From Tubulanus polymorphus (lineage: Eukaryota; Animalia; Nemertea), in NCBI RefSeq assembly GCF_964204645.1, contig NC_134027.1:8216485-8280484 (forward strand): DNA of 64,000 bases. The letters are read 5' to 3'. Every line of letters starts with the position of its first letter. The first letter of the stretch is position 1. The notes beneath the pieces are model-generated. The model was given only the letters and a program-made list of their open reading frames with translations. It was not told the origin of the DNA and made no database searches. Of this stretch, positions 1-13,500 are shown piece after piece. Made by a program: the position numbers and the translations under genes.

Positions 1-272
1 GATCACTCGGAGATACTGTGCCCGAGCCAAATTTGGCCCTTGCCTAATTAGAGAGCTCACTTACACGTAAACCACTCATTCGATACTAAACAATGCTCAA
101 AGCGAAGTGAGTCACTGCCGGAACCAGTTGCAATTCACATGCAATGATTTGTCCCATGCTAAGATTTGGCTCGGGCCTGGTCCCACGTTTTTAGTGGGGT
201 CAAACAGGCACGGGCCCATTTGGCAACCATGTGAATGTTGGCACAGGCCAAAAACACTTATGTGATCGCACC
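1..272. mobile_element. MITE-like non-autonomous DNA element (PIF/Harbinger-like), truncated by the window start
   Basis: Right end GTGATCGCACC+TA. The window starts with GATCAC, the inner part of the matching inverted repeat. Shares blocks (AAACCACTCA, CAAAGCGAAGTGAGTC, CACATGCAAT, GCTAARATTTGG, GGTCCSACGTTTT) with 59390-59592. Confidence 0.6.
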
Positions 273-1746
273 TATGTAGGTTAATATAACTCAGCCCTTT
301 GGTCCGTGTACACGAGGAAAATCGATTTCTCTTCTTAAATCTACCACATCAATGGTAGATCCATGTATCATGACAGAATGGTACTCACCTCTATATGGGT
401 TGATTTCATAGTCCAGTAGTGCGGTAATACAAAATATATTGAATGTCAGCTTGATGATGATCTGAGCTCCAAGATGTTTTCTCTTAATTGTTTTCGACTG
501 AATGTGTTGAACTTTTTGACAATCTTGCAGATAATGTGATTAACTGTGCTGTAATTTTTTCCAAGGATGGCAATATAGTCGTAAGACCGTATCGCATCAA
601 CTTTCATTTCATTGCATCAACTCTTCCTATATATGAAATTGAGCAGGTCGGTAAACTGCTCGTCGTAAAATAAGCATCACATCTTTTTCTACACATGATA
701 TCCCTTGAATAATGCATGATGCATATATGGGGAAGTTTGTATACAGTGGTATTTTTTCAGTAAGGATAATGTTGTAAGTTAGTCGCCCGATAAGAAGTGC
801 ATACGGCAATGCATTCAGATATTTATTGACAATCACTTAAGTTAAATCTACGGATTATTGAGCTTGTGTAATTATGTACAGGTAACAGGAGTTTTTTTGT
901 GTTACATTGTAATGCTGCCACACGTGTAAACCGATAGATGTGAAAAATATCTCAGTCAGATGTGATAATATCATCATGATCTGGAATTAGTAGAATTTTC
1001 AATTGAAACTTGGCCCAATTTCTTAGAAAAGTTGAATTCCCGAATCAGACCACGATCAGACCAATTCAGTTTATGTTTGATACATTCAGGAGTTCAACTT
1101 CTCGCGGAACATACTTGTGGAAGGGGATTTTTCAAGAGCTTCATTCTATCAGCCCGAGACGATGTACATTGTGCAATCTACCTATTTTCTACCTCAGTAG
1201 TTTTGAAGCTGCTGCCGGCCCTGTAGTGAGTCGGATAGCTGGTTTCACGTGTTTTGCACGGAGAGATATATGTCTTGGGTATATTTAATAATAATATAAT
1301 GAATAAAATGAAATATATGAATATATTATATATGAATAAATATGTGTACATTTCTTTATTGAAGATTATATCCGAATGTAATGATGAAGAATAAAGAAAA
1401 AGAATGACTCTCGCAAATTTGTTTAAAGATTGTCTATTTCAAATTATTTAGGTTCAAGTTAGTTCATTCAGTGATTCATTCCAACTATAATTTCTCTACA
1501 TGTTCAGCATGAAGCATCTGCGACTATGGACTTCAAAAGCCAGTCGTGCCCACCCCCCATTAGAGTCAGGCTTGTGTCAAAGTACTCCATAATATAATCC
1601 AGTGTTAATTAACAAGTGAGATACCGTTATAGAACGATAACCACACTCAAACGTGGTGAACGGATAATAAGATAAAATCCCACTATTTACAGATTAAAAG
1701 AATTTAAAAACCAGAATTTATTTATTAAATCTAAAATATTTAAAAG

Positions 1747-1788
1747 ACACGACGTTTCGATCTCACCCTAGAGATCATCGTTAGGTGT
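1747..1788 (-). ncRNA. Minimal Penelope-type hammerhead ribozyme motif with a mutated core, in a pLTR-like remnant
   Basis: Minus strand reads acac-CTAACGA-t-gatctc-tagggt-gagatc-GAAA-cgtc-gtgt: stem I, stem II, GAAA and a short palindromic stem III with UC. The core CUGANGA reads CUAACGA. Confidence 0.65.
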
Positions 1789-4029
1789 GACCCTGAGATA
1801 CCGTTGTTTTGATAAAGTAGTTTTCTGGCTTTGATTTAAGTTGTAGCATGGACGTACATCTATTTCATACGTTCATAGTTGAAGGGAGAGACTGAGTGTG
1901 GACCAGCATGGATGCCCGTACTTTATCCTTAACTTTAAGCTAGAAATGACTTTTCGTGTCCGGATTGAGAACATCGCTGTTTAAATAGTGTTATATTGAA
2001 GAGACTGCATTTGGAGATTGGGATAACCATGGAAAGGTGCACTTCATATACAAGAAAGAAACTCTCATTATCATTACTATAATCAATTTATGCCTCTCAA
2101 TCAGTTTAAGAAAAACAGCGATAACCGTAGAAAATATCCCTTGCCATGTTGTAGGTGGGATAACCTCATGGTATAATTCTTTTTCCATTAGATAATGATT
2201 TTGCTCTAGAAGCTGACGGCAAATTATTTAAAAAAGAATGTTCGTAATCCCGTTATCTTTCCGGAGGTGCGCAATGTGATACGTCAAAACGAACGTTTCA
2301 TCGGTTTTATAAGTCGTCGTGTCCTTTCGTTCTGTGGGTCGAGATTATGACGCTGAAACCCATCTACTGACGCCCCGAAGTACGCAATTTCACAATAGAT
2401 CCGGAGATAACGAAGAAAGTAAATATCAGAGAAACTGATGAAACGTATTGAAGAATTAGAAACCATGATTATACTTCAAAACACAAAATCTATCAATTTG
2501 ATCACTTCGGGCTTGATCAGAGACCATTGTCACGATTGAAGGTATATACGCTTTTTCGATGTGAAAGTATGTTGGCGTTTGAATTCAAATTGCAGAGTGT
2601 CTGATTGGTAATACAGGGTCCAATAATTCGATTAGTTTTTATTCCGAGTGTATGGGGCTATTTCGGTCAAATCCGAAAGAATATTGGGTTGAAAGGTTTT
2701 TTAACATGGTCCTGTGCCTGGTTGCGGAGTGTGTCGTAGTCTGATTAATCGCATACGATATTAACGTGCGTCAATAGACAAATCGTTCAATTATTTAGTG
2801 CTGTCCATATTGTTGAGCCTTCTATCACTTTCCATCGAGTTTACCAGGACAATAAAATCCCGTCATTTACAGTAATAATAAATTTCGATGTGGACTCTAA
2901 CAGCCCCTGAAGCTCGTTTTAATTAAACATCGCCCTCATGGCGCTCAGTCTCCGAGCTTGCGGCAACTCGAATAATTAATTTTCATTCCATTGCAAGTTC
3001 AATGTTGTACAGACTTTTACCATAAAAACTGTATTTCATTGTTATCAAAATGCCAATATTATGGAATATTTTAGTCACTAGAAAAGGTTTCTTTAAGAGA
3101 AATGTCGCAAATATGTCATTATTGAAAATGGAATCGAGACTTCTCTGAAAACTGATACATTTGGCATTTTCTGGTTTCTTATACGCTATCTGATGTTTTT
3201 CTCATCCCTCTGCGGGGCTACAATTCAACACTAATGGCTTGTTTCACCACAGGGTTTATGCGCGAAAAGACTCCTTTTAAGATACGAAGTAAGAAAATTA
3301 AAGAGAAACGTCTTTAGGAAAACGCACACACTACTAGACAAAGCTGTCAAAACAGAGGCTTTTGATGTTTAGCTAATCTACCATAATTTGTCGCAGATAG
3401 GAACGTCATTAATGGCCGTCCATCAAAGCGAAACAAGTGTAGATGGAGGTAAACGACAAATATACTCTTTACTAACATTTAATAAGTCCCTAATAAAAAT
3501 ATTTGTACGACAGAACCGTAGCAATTACCTCCCAAAGCCGACGGGAGATGACTTGTACGTCATTTGTACATTCAATAATCCTGAAAAAGATATAAATTAC
3601 CGGTACCAGAAAATAGCTAGCTGTCACATTCCGAAAGAAAGATTTAATTACACCGTTCTAACACCCGACTGACGGGGTATGACCAATATATGCATGACAC
3701 GAACTGTCTTATCGGAAGACTCTTCCGATAATTACAATATACTAAACTGATGCGCAACCCATTAGAAACGACTGTAAGACACAATTCTTTAATTAAAAAT
3801 CTGCGAAAAAAGCCAGTTTCTAAAAATATTCTATAATAAAGTTACTTGATAATCTAATTTAAGGGTGATATGAACTGACATATTCTTTATTTGTGAATTG
3901 TTCAATTTAGATATTTCTATTTTCTGGTTATGATGTCTTGCCGCTTGGTGAATTTTTGCGTGAAAAGAATAATAACACCCGATTTGATTGTGCTGAGAAT
4001 CTTAATCCGTCGAGGGATACAAACTCATT

Positions 4030-4327
4030 AAGTTAAAGCCGTTCCCCGAAATGGTGGAAGTGAATTCGGGTAACGATACCGGACCCCTGGCAAGCGAGGA
4101 TGAGGTAACCGTATATGCAGATGGCACCACCGTGCGGTGCCCTAGCGGAGTTTCTGTGAACTAATGTAATGGCTCGCTGGGTAGGATTAGTTATCAGATT
4201 TTCCGCTAGGGGACCGTACGGTGCTGCCACCCAATTTGGTGGCGTTGGTTTTGCGAACTAAGCGGAATCAACTCGCTGGGTTCGAACCTAGGATAACCCT
4301 TGGCAATCCAAGCCACCCGGAAAAAAC
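4030..4327. repeat. GC-rich structured interspersed-repeat-like element
   Basis: Long imperfect hairpin GGCACCACCGTGCGGTGCCCTAGCGGA / TCCGCTAGGGGACCGTACGGTGCTGCC (~4123-4228), internal direct repeat GAACTAA..CTCGCTGGGT, and a B-box-like GGTTCGAACC. Followed by a hAT-like end CAGGGCCGTATCTAG at 4328. Confidence 0.45.
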
Positions 4328-5007
4328 CAGGGCCGTATCTAGCGGGGGCTAGAAATGTTTCGAAAAGTGCCCTTTTTGCGAATATTATGTTCAATTCCAA
4401 GAGAACTGCCCGTTTTCAAGATCCTCTGCCCCCAAAATTCGAATGCAACATAACTACTTAATTCATATATAAAATTTATACTCTTTTATTTTATTTACTT
4501 CAGAAACATTCTAATAAGGATATACTATCATAAATGTACGTATACACATTATACACATGATTCCACTGACGCACACATGGATGGATCATGGATGGATTGA
4601 TGGATCACGGATGGATGTTGTTGCATCTTGTTTTACATTCGTATCAGCAAAATTTCACATCAACATAGCAGCATTCTCACTACAAAGTTTTTCTATAAAT
4701 TCTATAATACCGGAAAGTAGCAATAAATATTGGCAAACCAGTAGAACGGAGGGCACTGATTAGCACCTATGGTAACGATTTTGTAACGCAAATGTACTTA
4801 TAAATATTTAATGAGAGTCTACTTACAGTGGAAAGTTTGGAGCAATATAAAATAACATATCTCAAGTCCTAGAGAAAATTCCATCGCATCGCTATCAAAG
4901 CCTATCATTTATTAATGACAGTTCTCTCGGAAAAGTGACAGTTTACTTTGATATTTTTTTCTCAAGGAGCATCATTAACATCTACTCAATAAAACGCACT
5001 ACATCTA

Positions 5008-5026
5008 TACATACATACATACATAC
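5008..5026. repeat. (TACA)n microsatellite; (TA)n tracts also at ~5326-5343 and ~5530-5548
   Basis: Direct reading of tandem units. Confidence 0.85.
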
Positions 5027-7587
5027 AGAATTATGTGTATATCTATCAAATGTAGATATGACAAAACTTAATAACAGTTGGTATAGATGAGAAAAAATAC
5101 AGTTCCGTGCCCAACTGCCAAATACCAGTACAAGATATCTCAATAGTTGAAAGAGCATTGTAGCCATTTGATTTTTTTTACTTTAGTCAAAATTTCGACT
5201 TAGTAACTCGAAATTTCAACTTTTTATCTGAATATTTTGACTAAGAAAGTAATCATTTGGCCGCAATGCTCTTCTGTACTATACTAGGTCCCTTACATAT
5301 ATCATACTCGGTCTATATAAACATGTATATATATATATATATACTTTCCCTGGAAACGGATATTGATTCTCTGTGCATCATTGAGAGAAAGAGTGAAATA
5401 TTCACTCAAGTTTTCTCATTGAAAATGTTTTACGTCATTTAACTAATAGTTAATAACATCACATACCGGTAGTAATGATGAAATATAATTTCTTCATTTA
5501 TGGAATGTTTCGTTATAATTTTTACAATAATATATATATATATATATAAAATATGTACACGCTAACTAGCAATCCAAAAACCGAAAGTTAATTCGATGAG
5601 AAATAAATAATGGCATTTTCTTTTAAAATTGCGCAATATATTAGAATCTTACAGGAGCCCAGCTCCATAAGTGTGTGTATAAATAATAAGACAATGATTA
5701 CGGTAATGAATATCACATTGAAATTGTATCGAGTATAAAACCCACACAGACAAATCTCCGAAGCCATAAGATAATCAGTCTGAAACTGATGCAGAGCAAT
5801 GTATATATATCCAGCAACCTCTTCATCCAATGATTCCGAAAAGCAATTCCGGCCCCATGTTTTGCGAGTCAAACTTTCAGAGGCCAATAGGGTCTTGATG
5901 GTTTATACTCCACAGAGATGAAGAGGTTTTATAGCTATCAAAATAGCTGGATTGAGTAGTTTACTATACAAATATACATATATAGTAGAATACTCAGACA
6001 AAATATTCTCTTTCTGAATCAGAATATAGAACCTTCATAAATTTCTGCAGTGATTTGTAGAGAAGTGAAACGTTTTAACAGTATGGTAACTAGTGGCAAA
6101 AAAACAACTAAACCCCTGATTGATGGTGTTCATTCTGGATTTGAAAGGACTTGTATTAAAACAAAAAACTATAATAAAAGCTGAACTATATTTTTTATAG
6201 ACTAGAAAGAAGTTATAGGCCTGCCAACATCATTGGAAAAACCAATAGATAAATCTTTATTCAATCCCGTGAAAAATAAAACATTTGATAAGAATGGTAG
6301 TTGGCGGACAAGACAAAATTAATTGTTAAGTGCTAAAAGATTCAGTAAGATGGAAAATCCGATTTAAAAGTGTGGTTTGGTAAGCAAAGCATAGAATTAA
6401 AAGCAAATGGCACTAAAACTATTGTTAAAATGTTACCCCAGCAGCAAACGACTGGTTAATAAATAGGGGACCACTACAGTCATACATGAAGGTTATATAT
6501 TCTAGCGCGAAAATGAAAGTTAGAAAGAGATATTTGTCAAGAGTTGAGAAATATTCATATAAGCGAGGGTTTAAATACGGTTATCTTGGGTAGTAAAATC
6601 TCCTTGAACCAGCAATTAACTTTACTAGAAACAATTCATGACATACCGGTAATCAACCAATGCTGTAGGACCTACTGATCTGTTTTGTTAACTAGGTGGG
6701 TTATATACTTGAAACACAGATAGAGAAAAGTGAAATCTAGTTGTAACAAACTCTGATATAACCTTTACAGACATCATATGATAAAGTTAGAAGGTGCCAA
6801 GAATTTTGTGTCAATTAGATTTCACTGTACTTTGGAATGATAGCAATGGTTGGAAATTAAAATGAAGAAAGGTGCTAACTTAACGTTATTTCTAAGATAA
6901 CCCATTGTTCATATGGCACTTAGCTCCTTTGTTGACTTAAACTTCCAAGAAAGATGATTTTTAAAACAATTTACTATTAAAAAGAGACATTCTATTCTAA
7001 ATGCGTGCTACGTTGTTAACCATTTTAGAGAATATCTTTAAAACCAGGCCTAAATCCTTGAAAACAGCAGGGCCTGTTACAATAGATCCTCAAACTACTA
7101 CGTGTAAAACCGACACCTCACTACATAGAGCAAGTATTATCTATTGTTAGTTGATTAATACAATGCAATACCGGTAGTTTCTTGTCCAGCACAAGACTTT
7201 TCAAATCCGAGTTCCTGAAAATCGCATACAACAGTGATATAGTCCGTTTTAAAAACTTGATGTTGATAATGATCATAAATCCATATTAGTCCACATTTTT
7301 ACGAAACGTTTTTCTATTGCTGCACTGATCATATGGTTCGGAATATGCACAGTTCGTGATGATGATGGCAGGATAATCAGTTGTATTGTCCAGCATATAC
7401 ACTAACCACATAACGCACGCATGGTATTACACACAAATCATGAATAATGTGTAAAAATTGTTCGCTTGCTGCCTTGCTGAGTCGGTACAGTTGAATATAA
7501 ACACTCTCTACCTATAAAAATTGTTGTTGGCAAATTCAAGACGTCCGTTATTTTCGCGTGGGCGGAATAAATATCGATGAACGGTTT

Positions 7588-10500
7588 TCATCGATGCGAT
7601 GGAGACACCGCGCGGTTTGGCGACGAAGCACGGAATCGTTCAAGTTGCGCCGATAAATCGCGTACTTTGTCCGACCAATATTCGCTGCTCTGTTGTAGCT
7701 GGATCGACAGCTGCAAACAAAAAGTAACGAGAAATCAAGAATGTTTCAAGCGAAAGGAATTTTCGAGATTCGGGCAGTGATGAGCGAATAATTACCTCCC
7801 CAACTCTTTGTATCCAGTAGGATTTATCTAAGGCTGATGGATCAGAGACGCCTTGTTCTTCCATCGCCTTCGAAATCGCTGACCGTAGCTGAAAATGAAT
7901 GAAAGGTTTTCGTATTGCTGCTGCCGATCTGATTAAGTCAAACACCGCGGTAAGATTTGCATTCAAATTTCAAAGCGACTGTGGTTGAATTGTGCTAAAC
8001 TTTTTAAATACAGTGCATCAGCTGAGTTGTTCAGTATATTTTACAACATCTCAGAGGAAGAAGCAAGATCAACGGTTCAACTCGACTGAATTGAACACAT
8101 TGTTTGTTGGAGGGAGCATACCTTTTCATTGTCCGCTTTATATTTAGCTGCTTTTTCATCTTTCATGATATCCTGGGGGTAACACAACAATATTTCAAAT
8201 ACAAAAGACAAACATGCATGGTAAAGGCAGGCAGGTGGTGCCAAAAGTGGAAAGCATTTACACAGAAAACACTTGATCAATTAATCTGCAATAATATTTC
8301 CAGTTAAAGTGTTGTTCATGTACATGATTTCATTTGATAGAAGCAAAGAGAAAACTGTACACTAAACGTGTTCTTCAAGAACTAGTGTAAAATCTGGAAA
8401 TTCCATCAGGAAACCGAGAAAACATAGAAAACATGTAGAAACAACCAAAACATTGAAGATTTAAAACATTCACGTAGGCTGACTACAGGTTTTTTCAAAC
8501 ACCAGAATTACTAATCATACATCTAAGGATGAAGCTGAAATTCTGGGGCCAACCGGATTAAAGTTGATAACCAACAACTGGCAAATAGCACTACAGGCAG
8601 GAACTCTGAGAAATACATTCAGATTCTCTTATAATAAAACTAAACATTACAAAAAAATTTCAGAAATACTTACAGCGTCGCGCCCTTGTTCCATAATCAG
8701 ACTATAGGATGATCGCGAGTCAAACTGCGATTTCATGCTTTGTAAACTTTGTTCTTTACTTTCTAATTGTAATTGTAGAGTTTGACGTTGAGCGACTTCG
8801 CGTTCCAGTTCGTTACGTATACGACTGTTCTCTTTTTGTAACGCAGTCAACTGTTGGTTCAAATGTTGCACGTTGCTCACATTAGACTGCAGACGGTGGT
8901 GTAGATCTTCGATCGTTTGCAGTTTTTCTTTCATGTCAACGTCTTGTTCGTTTCTGCAGAATCGGCAAAAGTAATAAATCAATAGTTAATCAATAGTTGA
9001 GGAAATGGTGGCGAGCAAAAAAGAGTGGTTGTAAAAGGAACTTACTCATGTTCTTCGAGCCGGTTCTTCAACTGATTCAATAACATCTGCTGGTGCGAGG
9101 AATGCGTTTGTAGCGCCTGCATAAAGAAAAATATAACATGCATTTGAAAAAAGATATTTTTCTTTTCCACGTATAAATATAGAATGTACTAAAACATGAA
9201 ATCTCAGATTATGAATTGCTGTTTTCTAAAATCTATTGCTTGTGCAACAATTACCTTGAGTCTTTCGGATTCCATCTTTTTCTCCTCAGTTTCATTTCTC
9301 AAGCGATTGTTCTGTTTCTGAAGGTTGGCTACTTGATCCATCAGTTGCCTGTAATAGAAATAACATCGTATAACAATAATCAAACAATCACATAAGAAAT
9401 CGCAATTCAAAAATAGATGTAAAACGTTCCAAATCAAAACCGAAGACTTACTCTTTTTCGTTAGTTAGAGCTAATATGGCTTTACTTTGTTCTCTGTGAA
9501 AGGAATGGAAATATTAGTAAAGGATGCTTGCGATAAAAGAGTCGACTACTTGCATAATGCTCAGCAGTTCAGTGGCATGGTAGCCTATTAAGAGAATATT
9601 ACATATCATAGAAGCAGCGGATTGACTAAAATAAACGAGTATTTTCAAATATCTAAATACGGTAATAGCATTCTTTGTTGAATATTAGCAGCAGAATCAA
9701 TTAATGCATTAGTCTGAAACGGTTGTTATAAGACGTGACAGCAATTATCAATAATGTTAGGCAAGTTCTTCATCGCACTACATGTAGAATGTGAACTAGA
9801 TTTTTGAAGCTAGAAAGGTGTAAAACCAACCACCAATATTGTTTACCGTTATACGTAATATGTATTGCAGACAAAATACTAGAAATGACTTGTGCTTTAA
9901 AGGTAAAAGAAATAGAGACAGATAACCTCAACCAAAAAACCAATTCTTCGAAGATAGGTTTTGTGAAATGATGCGGCAGAATGCGAGAATACATTCTCAA
10001 ATGCCAAGTATTAAGATAGCAAAGCAGACAGTAAGACACACAAAGACATACATGAGGGAAAGCATCTGTTTACCTAATTTTACTACCCAATTTATCATTA
10101 GCGACTCTGAAATTTAACACATAGACAAATCATATATCAACCAACATCGGTTCAAACAAAAAAATGTTTCCATCTTGTTTGGGTAACAAATGAAATAAGA
10201 TACTTTTGACAATATAAGAAAAACTATTCTAATTCACTGGAATGGGATGAACATGGGAGTTCTGTTTAACGAATAAAGCCCAGTTGATTTTTTTTTCATC
10301 CTTTTCACACTAAAATACCTGACAGCTTTACTTAAGCTACACCTGAAATTCAATTGAATTTCTAGTAAAGGTTCATAGTATCTAGTTCAACGTAAGAATG
10401 TAGAATGTGTCATTAAATACAATGTATATCAAACTTCGGCTCACTTCCATCTTCCAAACAGTATTGTATGATTTCAAAGTTTAAAATCACTTACTTTTGT

Positions 10501-13500
10501 TCTTGCACCCACTGATTAACGTTCTGAACGACTAGTTCACTTTCTCTATGTAACCGATCACCGTTACTCCTCGCATCATCGAGGGCCACGCGTAGATTTT
10601 GTATCTCTTCAGACGCGCTGTGATATTTCGACCGTTGTAATTCGATCTCGTCCTTCAGTTTCTCCGACTGAAAACGAGTAATAGGAATGAAAATGAACTC
10701 CACAGGGAAAATGAAATGAAAAATATCGTTATTTCAATTCATTAACCAGACAGCAATGAAAGGAAAAGAGCAATCAAGTACCCATTTCTGTCTTTGTTTA
10801 CATGAAACTTAGAGCAAAGGAGAAATCTCTTCACATTTCCAAAAAGAATAACAAATTTTCTTCGAAAACTGACCTCATCAAGTTTAGATCTAAATTTATC
10901 TTCGATTGAATTAAGTTCGACTTTCATCATGACGATTTGTTCATCTTTCATCGTGAGTTCATTCATCGTATGTTTAATACGGTTTTGACAACTCGTCAAT
11001 TCATCTTGCAGTTCACCGACACGCTTTTCACAGCAGCGCAACTGCGAAAACGAATGTAAAAGAACATGAATTCATTTGCTAAATGAACAATGACCAAAAG
11101 GGTTTAACTTCGTTTTAATTCAGTTTTGCCCGATGGTAGTAATAATAATCACCTCATCCTCCGAGGCTTGGTTCAGTTCTTGAACTTTCTTCAACTCCTG
11201 TCTCATCACTTTCATCTTATCTTCATATACATTGATCTAAAAAGCAAACATAGTTGAAATATTTTCACCCATACACCAGATAAAGTTGTACACAACAAAT
11301 TTTCTTTCATGAAAACATGCTCACCTCCTCAACAAGTGATTGATTTTGGTTTTGATAGCGTGTAATTTCAGATTTCTGCGAAGCTACTTGTTTAGAACGA
11401 TCAGCTAACTGTTCCATAGCTTCTTTATGATTACCCTGTGCTGACATTAGCTGCTTCTTCAAATCTTGTACTTTCTGTTGGGTCTCCATGTACTGTCAAA
11501 ATCAAGTCAGGACATAAATCCACAAATTTTTCACTATATTCCATATATTTTACAGAGATTGAATAAGAGTAGTGCATCGACATACCTCGTTATGACACTG
11601 TTTGTACTGTTCTTGATTTTTGTCTAGGTCAGCGTGGAGCTGAGCTAACGTTTCCTCGTATCTGGCGACCTCTTGTTGATGGTGTTGATTCTGTTTCTGG
11701 GCGGTTTGCAGGTTAAGTTTGACAACTTTGAGCTGGGCGTCTTTATCAGCGCACTCCTCTTTCGTAGCTCTCATCCGGTCCTGTAAACCTTCGATCTCCG
11801 CCTGCAGTGAAGCTGCCTGCAGCTCACGATCTTTAATTTTGTTCGACATCTCTTTAGTTTGGTGTTGGTATTGGTCGATATCTTCCTGTAGTTCGCTTAC
11901 CAGTTTCTTCATTTGTTGAGCCTGCCGTGATGAGTCTTCTCTCCGTCCACGTTCAGCTTTCAGTTCAGCTTGTAATTGAGCTAACAAAGAATCCTGTTGT
12001 TCAACCTGAAACAGATAAATATTTTTTTCTCACAAACTTTACTTTATAACTCATCCAACAATTATCACTAAATAAGATATAAGTATCTACCTGCTCGGCT
12101 AACATCTTTTCTTGTTCTTTCGTTCCCTCGAGTTCAATTTCTAGTTTATGCGATGACTGTTTATACGCGAGACCCTCTTGTACGGCGCTGTGTGTATCTT
12201 CTTTCGTCGCGATCAAATCCTTACGCAGTTTTTCGATCACTAGTTTTTGATCGTCGATTTCGTTTTCGTAACTACCGCATCGATCTCTCAAAGTTCGCAG
12301 TTCCGTTTGTGTTTTTCTGGCTGTGTTTTCATGACGTACAACTTCGGCAATGCTGCTGCTCAGTTGTTCATTCGTACTTCTCAAGCCCTGCTCCATCAAC
12401 ATGAGTTTTTCTTCATGATGGGCCAACTGCAAATAGAATTTAGCATTCTATTAAGTATCTTAAGTTCTAGCTTCATGATAGTCTCATGATGGTTTCTATT
12501 TTAAGTGCAATTTATTAAGATATCATATATGTAATCGCTAGATGTATACCTCTTGTGTAGATTCTCTGTATTGAGTTCTTGATTCAGCAAGTTCAGCGCG
12601 TACATGCTCAATCTCTTGTTTATAGTCGGCTACCTGGTTCTCAACGATGCGTTTATCTTTCTGAGTTGTGTGGATTTCCATTTTCAAATCTCTTATGGTA
12701 CTTTCCAGCACCTCAATCTGAAAAACGGTATAATGGTATGTCATATTTACAGAAGAGAATTTCTAAAACTTATTGTAATTGAATGGATCATTTTAGTTTC
12801 ATTGGTTATTTCACCAAGATACTCATTATTGAAACTGCTGTCCAAATTTAATCTTGGCAGCTCTTGGTTTATCTAAACTTCATACATAAATCTGTTACCT
12901 CTTCTACTTTCTTGTTAATCTCTTCTTTAAGATTCTTGATGTCGCCATCACCTCGTCGGAGTTGATCCGTTTTCTGACCGATATCCTTCTCAAGTTTCTG
13001 ATTGAGTTGCGTCGCTTCGGCGAGCGCCGAATCCAGACTTTTCACTTTTTCTTCAAGACGCGCTATGTCGCCTTTACTGCGCTGTTGAGATGCCGTCATG
13101 TTCATCTGTAACTGTTGCAGGTTCTGCTCCAATCGTCCAATCTGAAATAGATGGATATAAAGGGTTTCAAATATATTTGCGTACTGATAGAAATCTAACT
13201 CTGTGCACAACTTAGATCAACACGATTGTTATTATACAGCTTTCCTATGGGACATCATAAATCCCTGTAAGATGAAATTGAATATGAAATTATACAAGCT
13301 AGCAGCAAGGTGAATTATTATCCCAGTACTGATGCAAGTAATGCAGAGCTACCAATGAAAGAATTACAAAATCAGCAATTAAACCAACAAAGGATGATTT
13401 GAACAAGATGATTAAGAAATTATGTACATAAGCTAGAAATCAATTAAATGATGCAAGAAAAAGTTCTCATTATGAAAGAAATACAATCTGTTAAGAAGGA

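Noticed and set aside
389-1290. Exon-like open stretches (a minus-strand frame ending at a gtgagt donor at 388; ORFs 488-673 and 1010-1288)
   Set aside because: In-frame stops and no recognizable protein family; cannot support a gene or pseudogene call.
9847-9894. 48-nt segment with a strong pyrimidine tract and gtaaac donor
   Set aside because: Contains an in-frame TAG in the required phase; it could only be a poison exon and there is no further support.
12736-12870. H/ACA-like layout (accaaga/tcttggt hairpin, AAATAA, ACA)
   Set aside because: Very asymmetric pocket, weak second hairpin, single copy.
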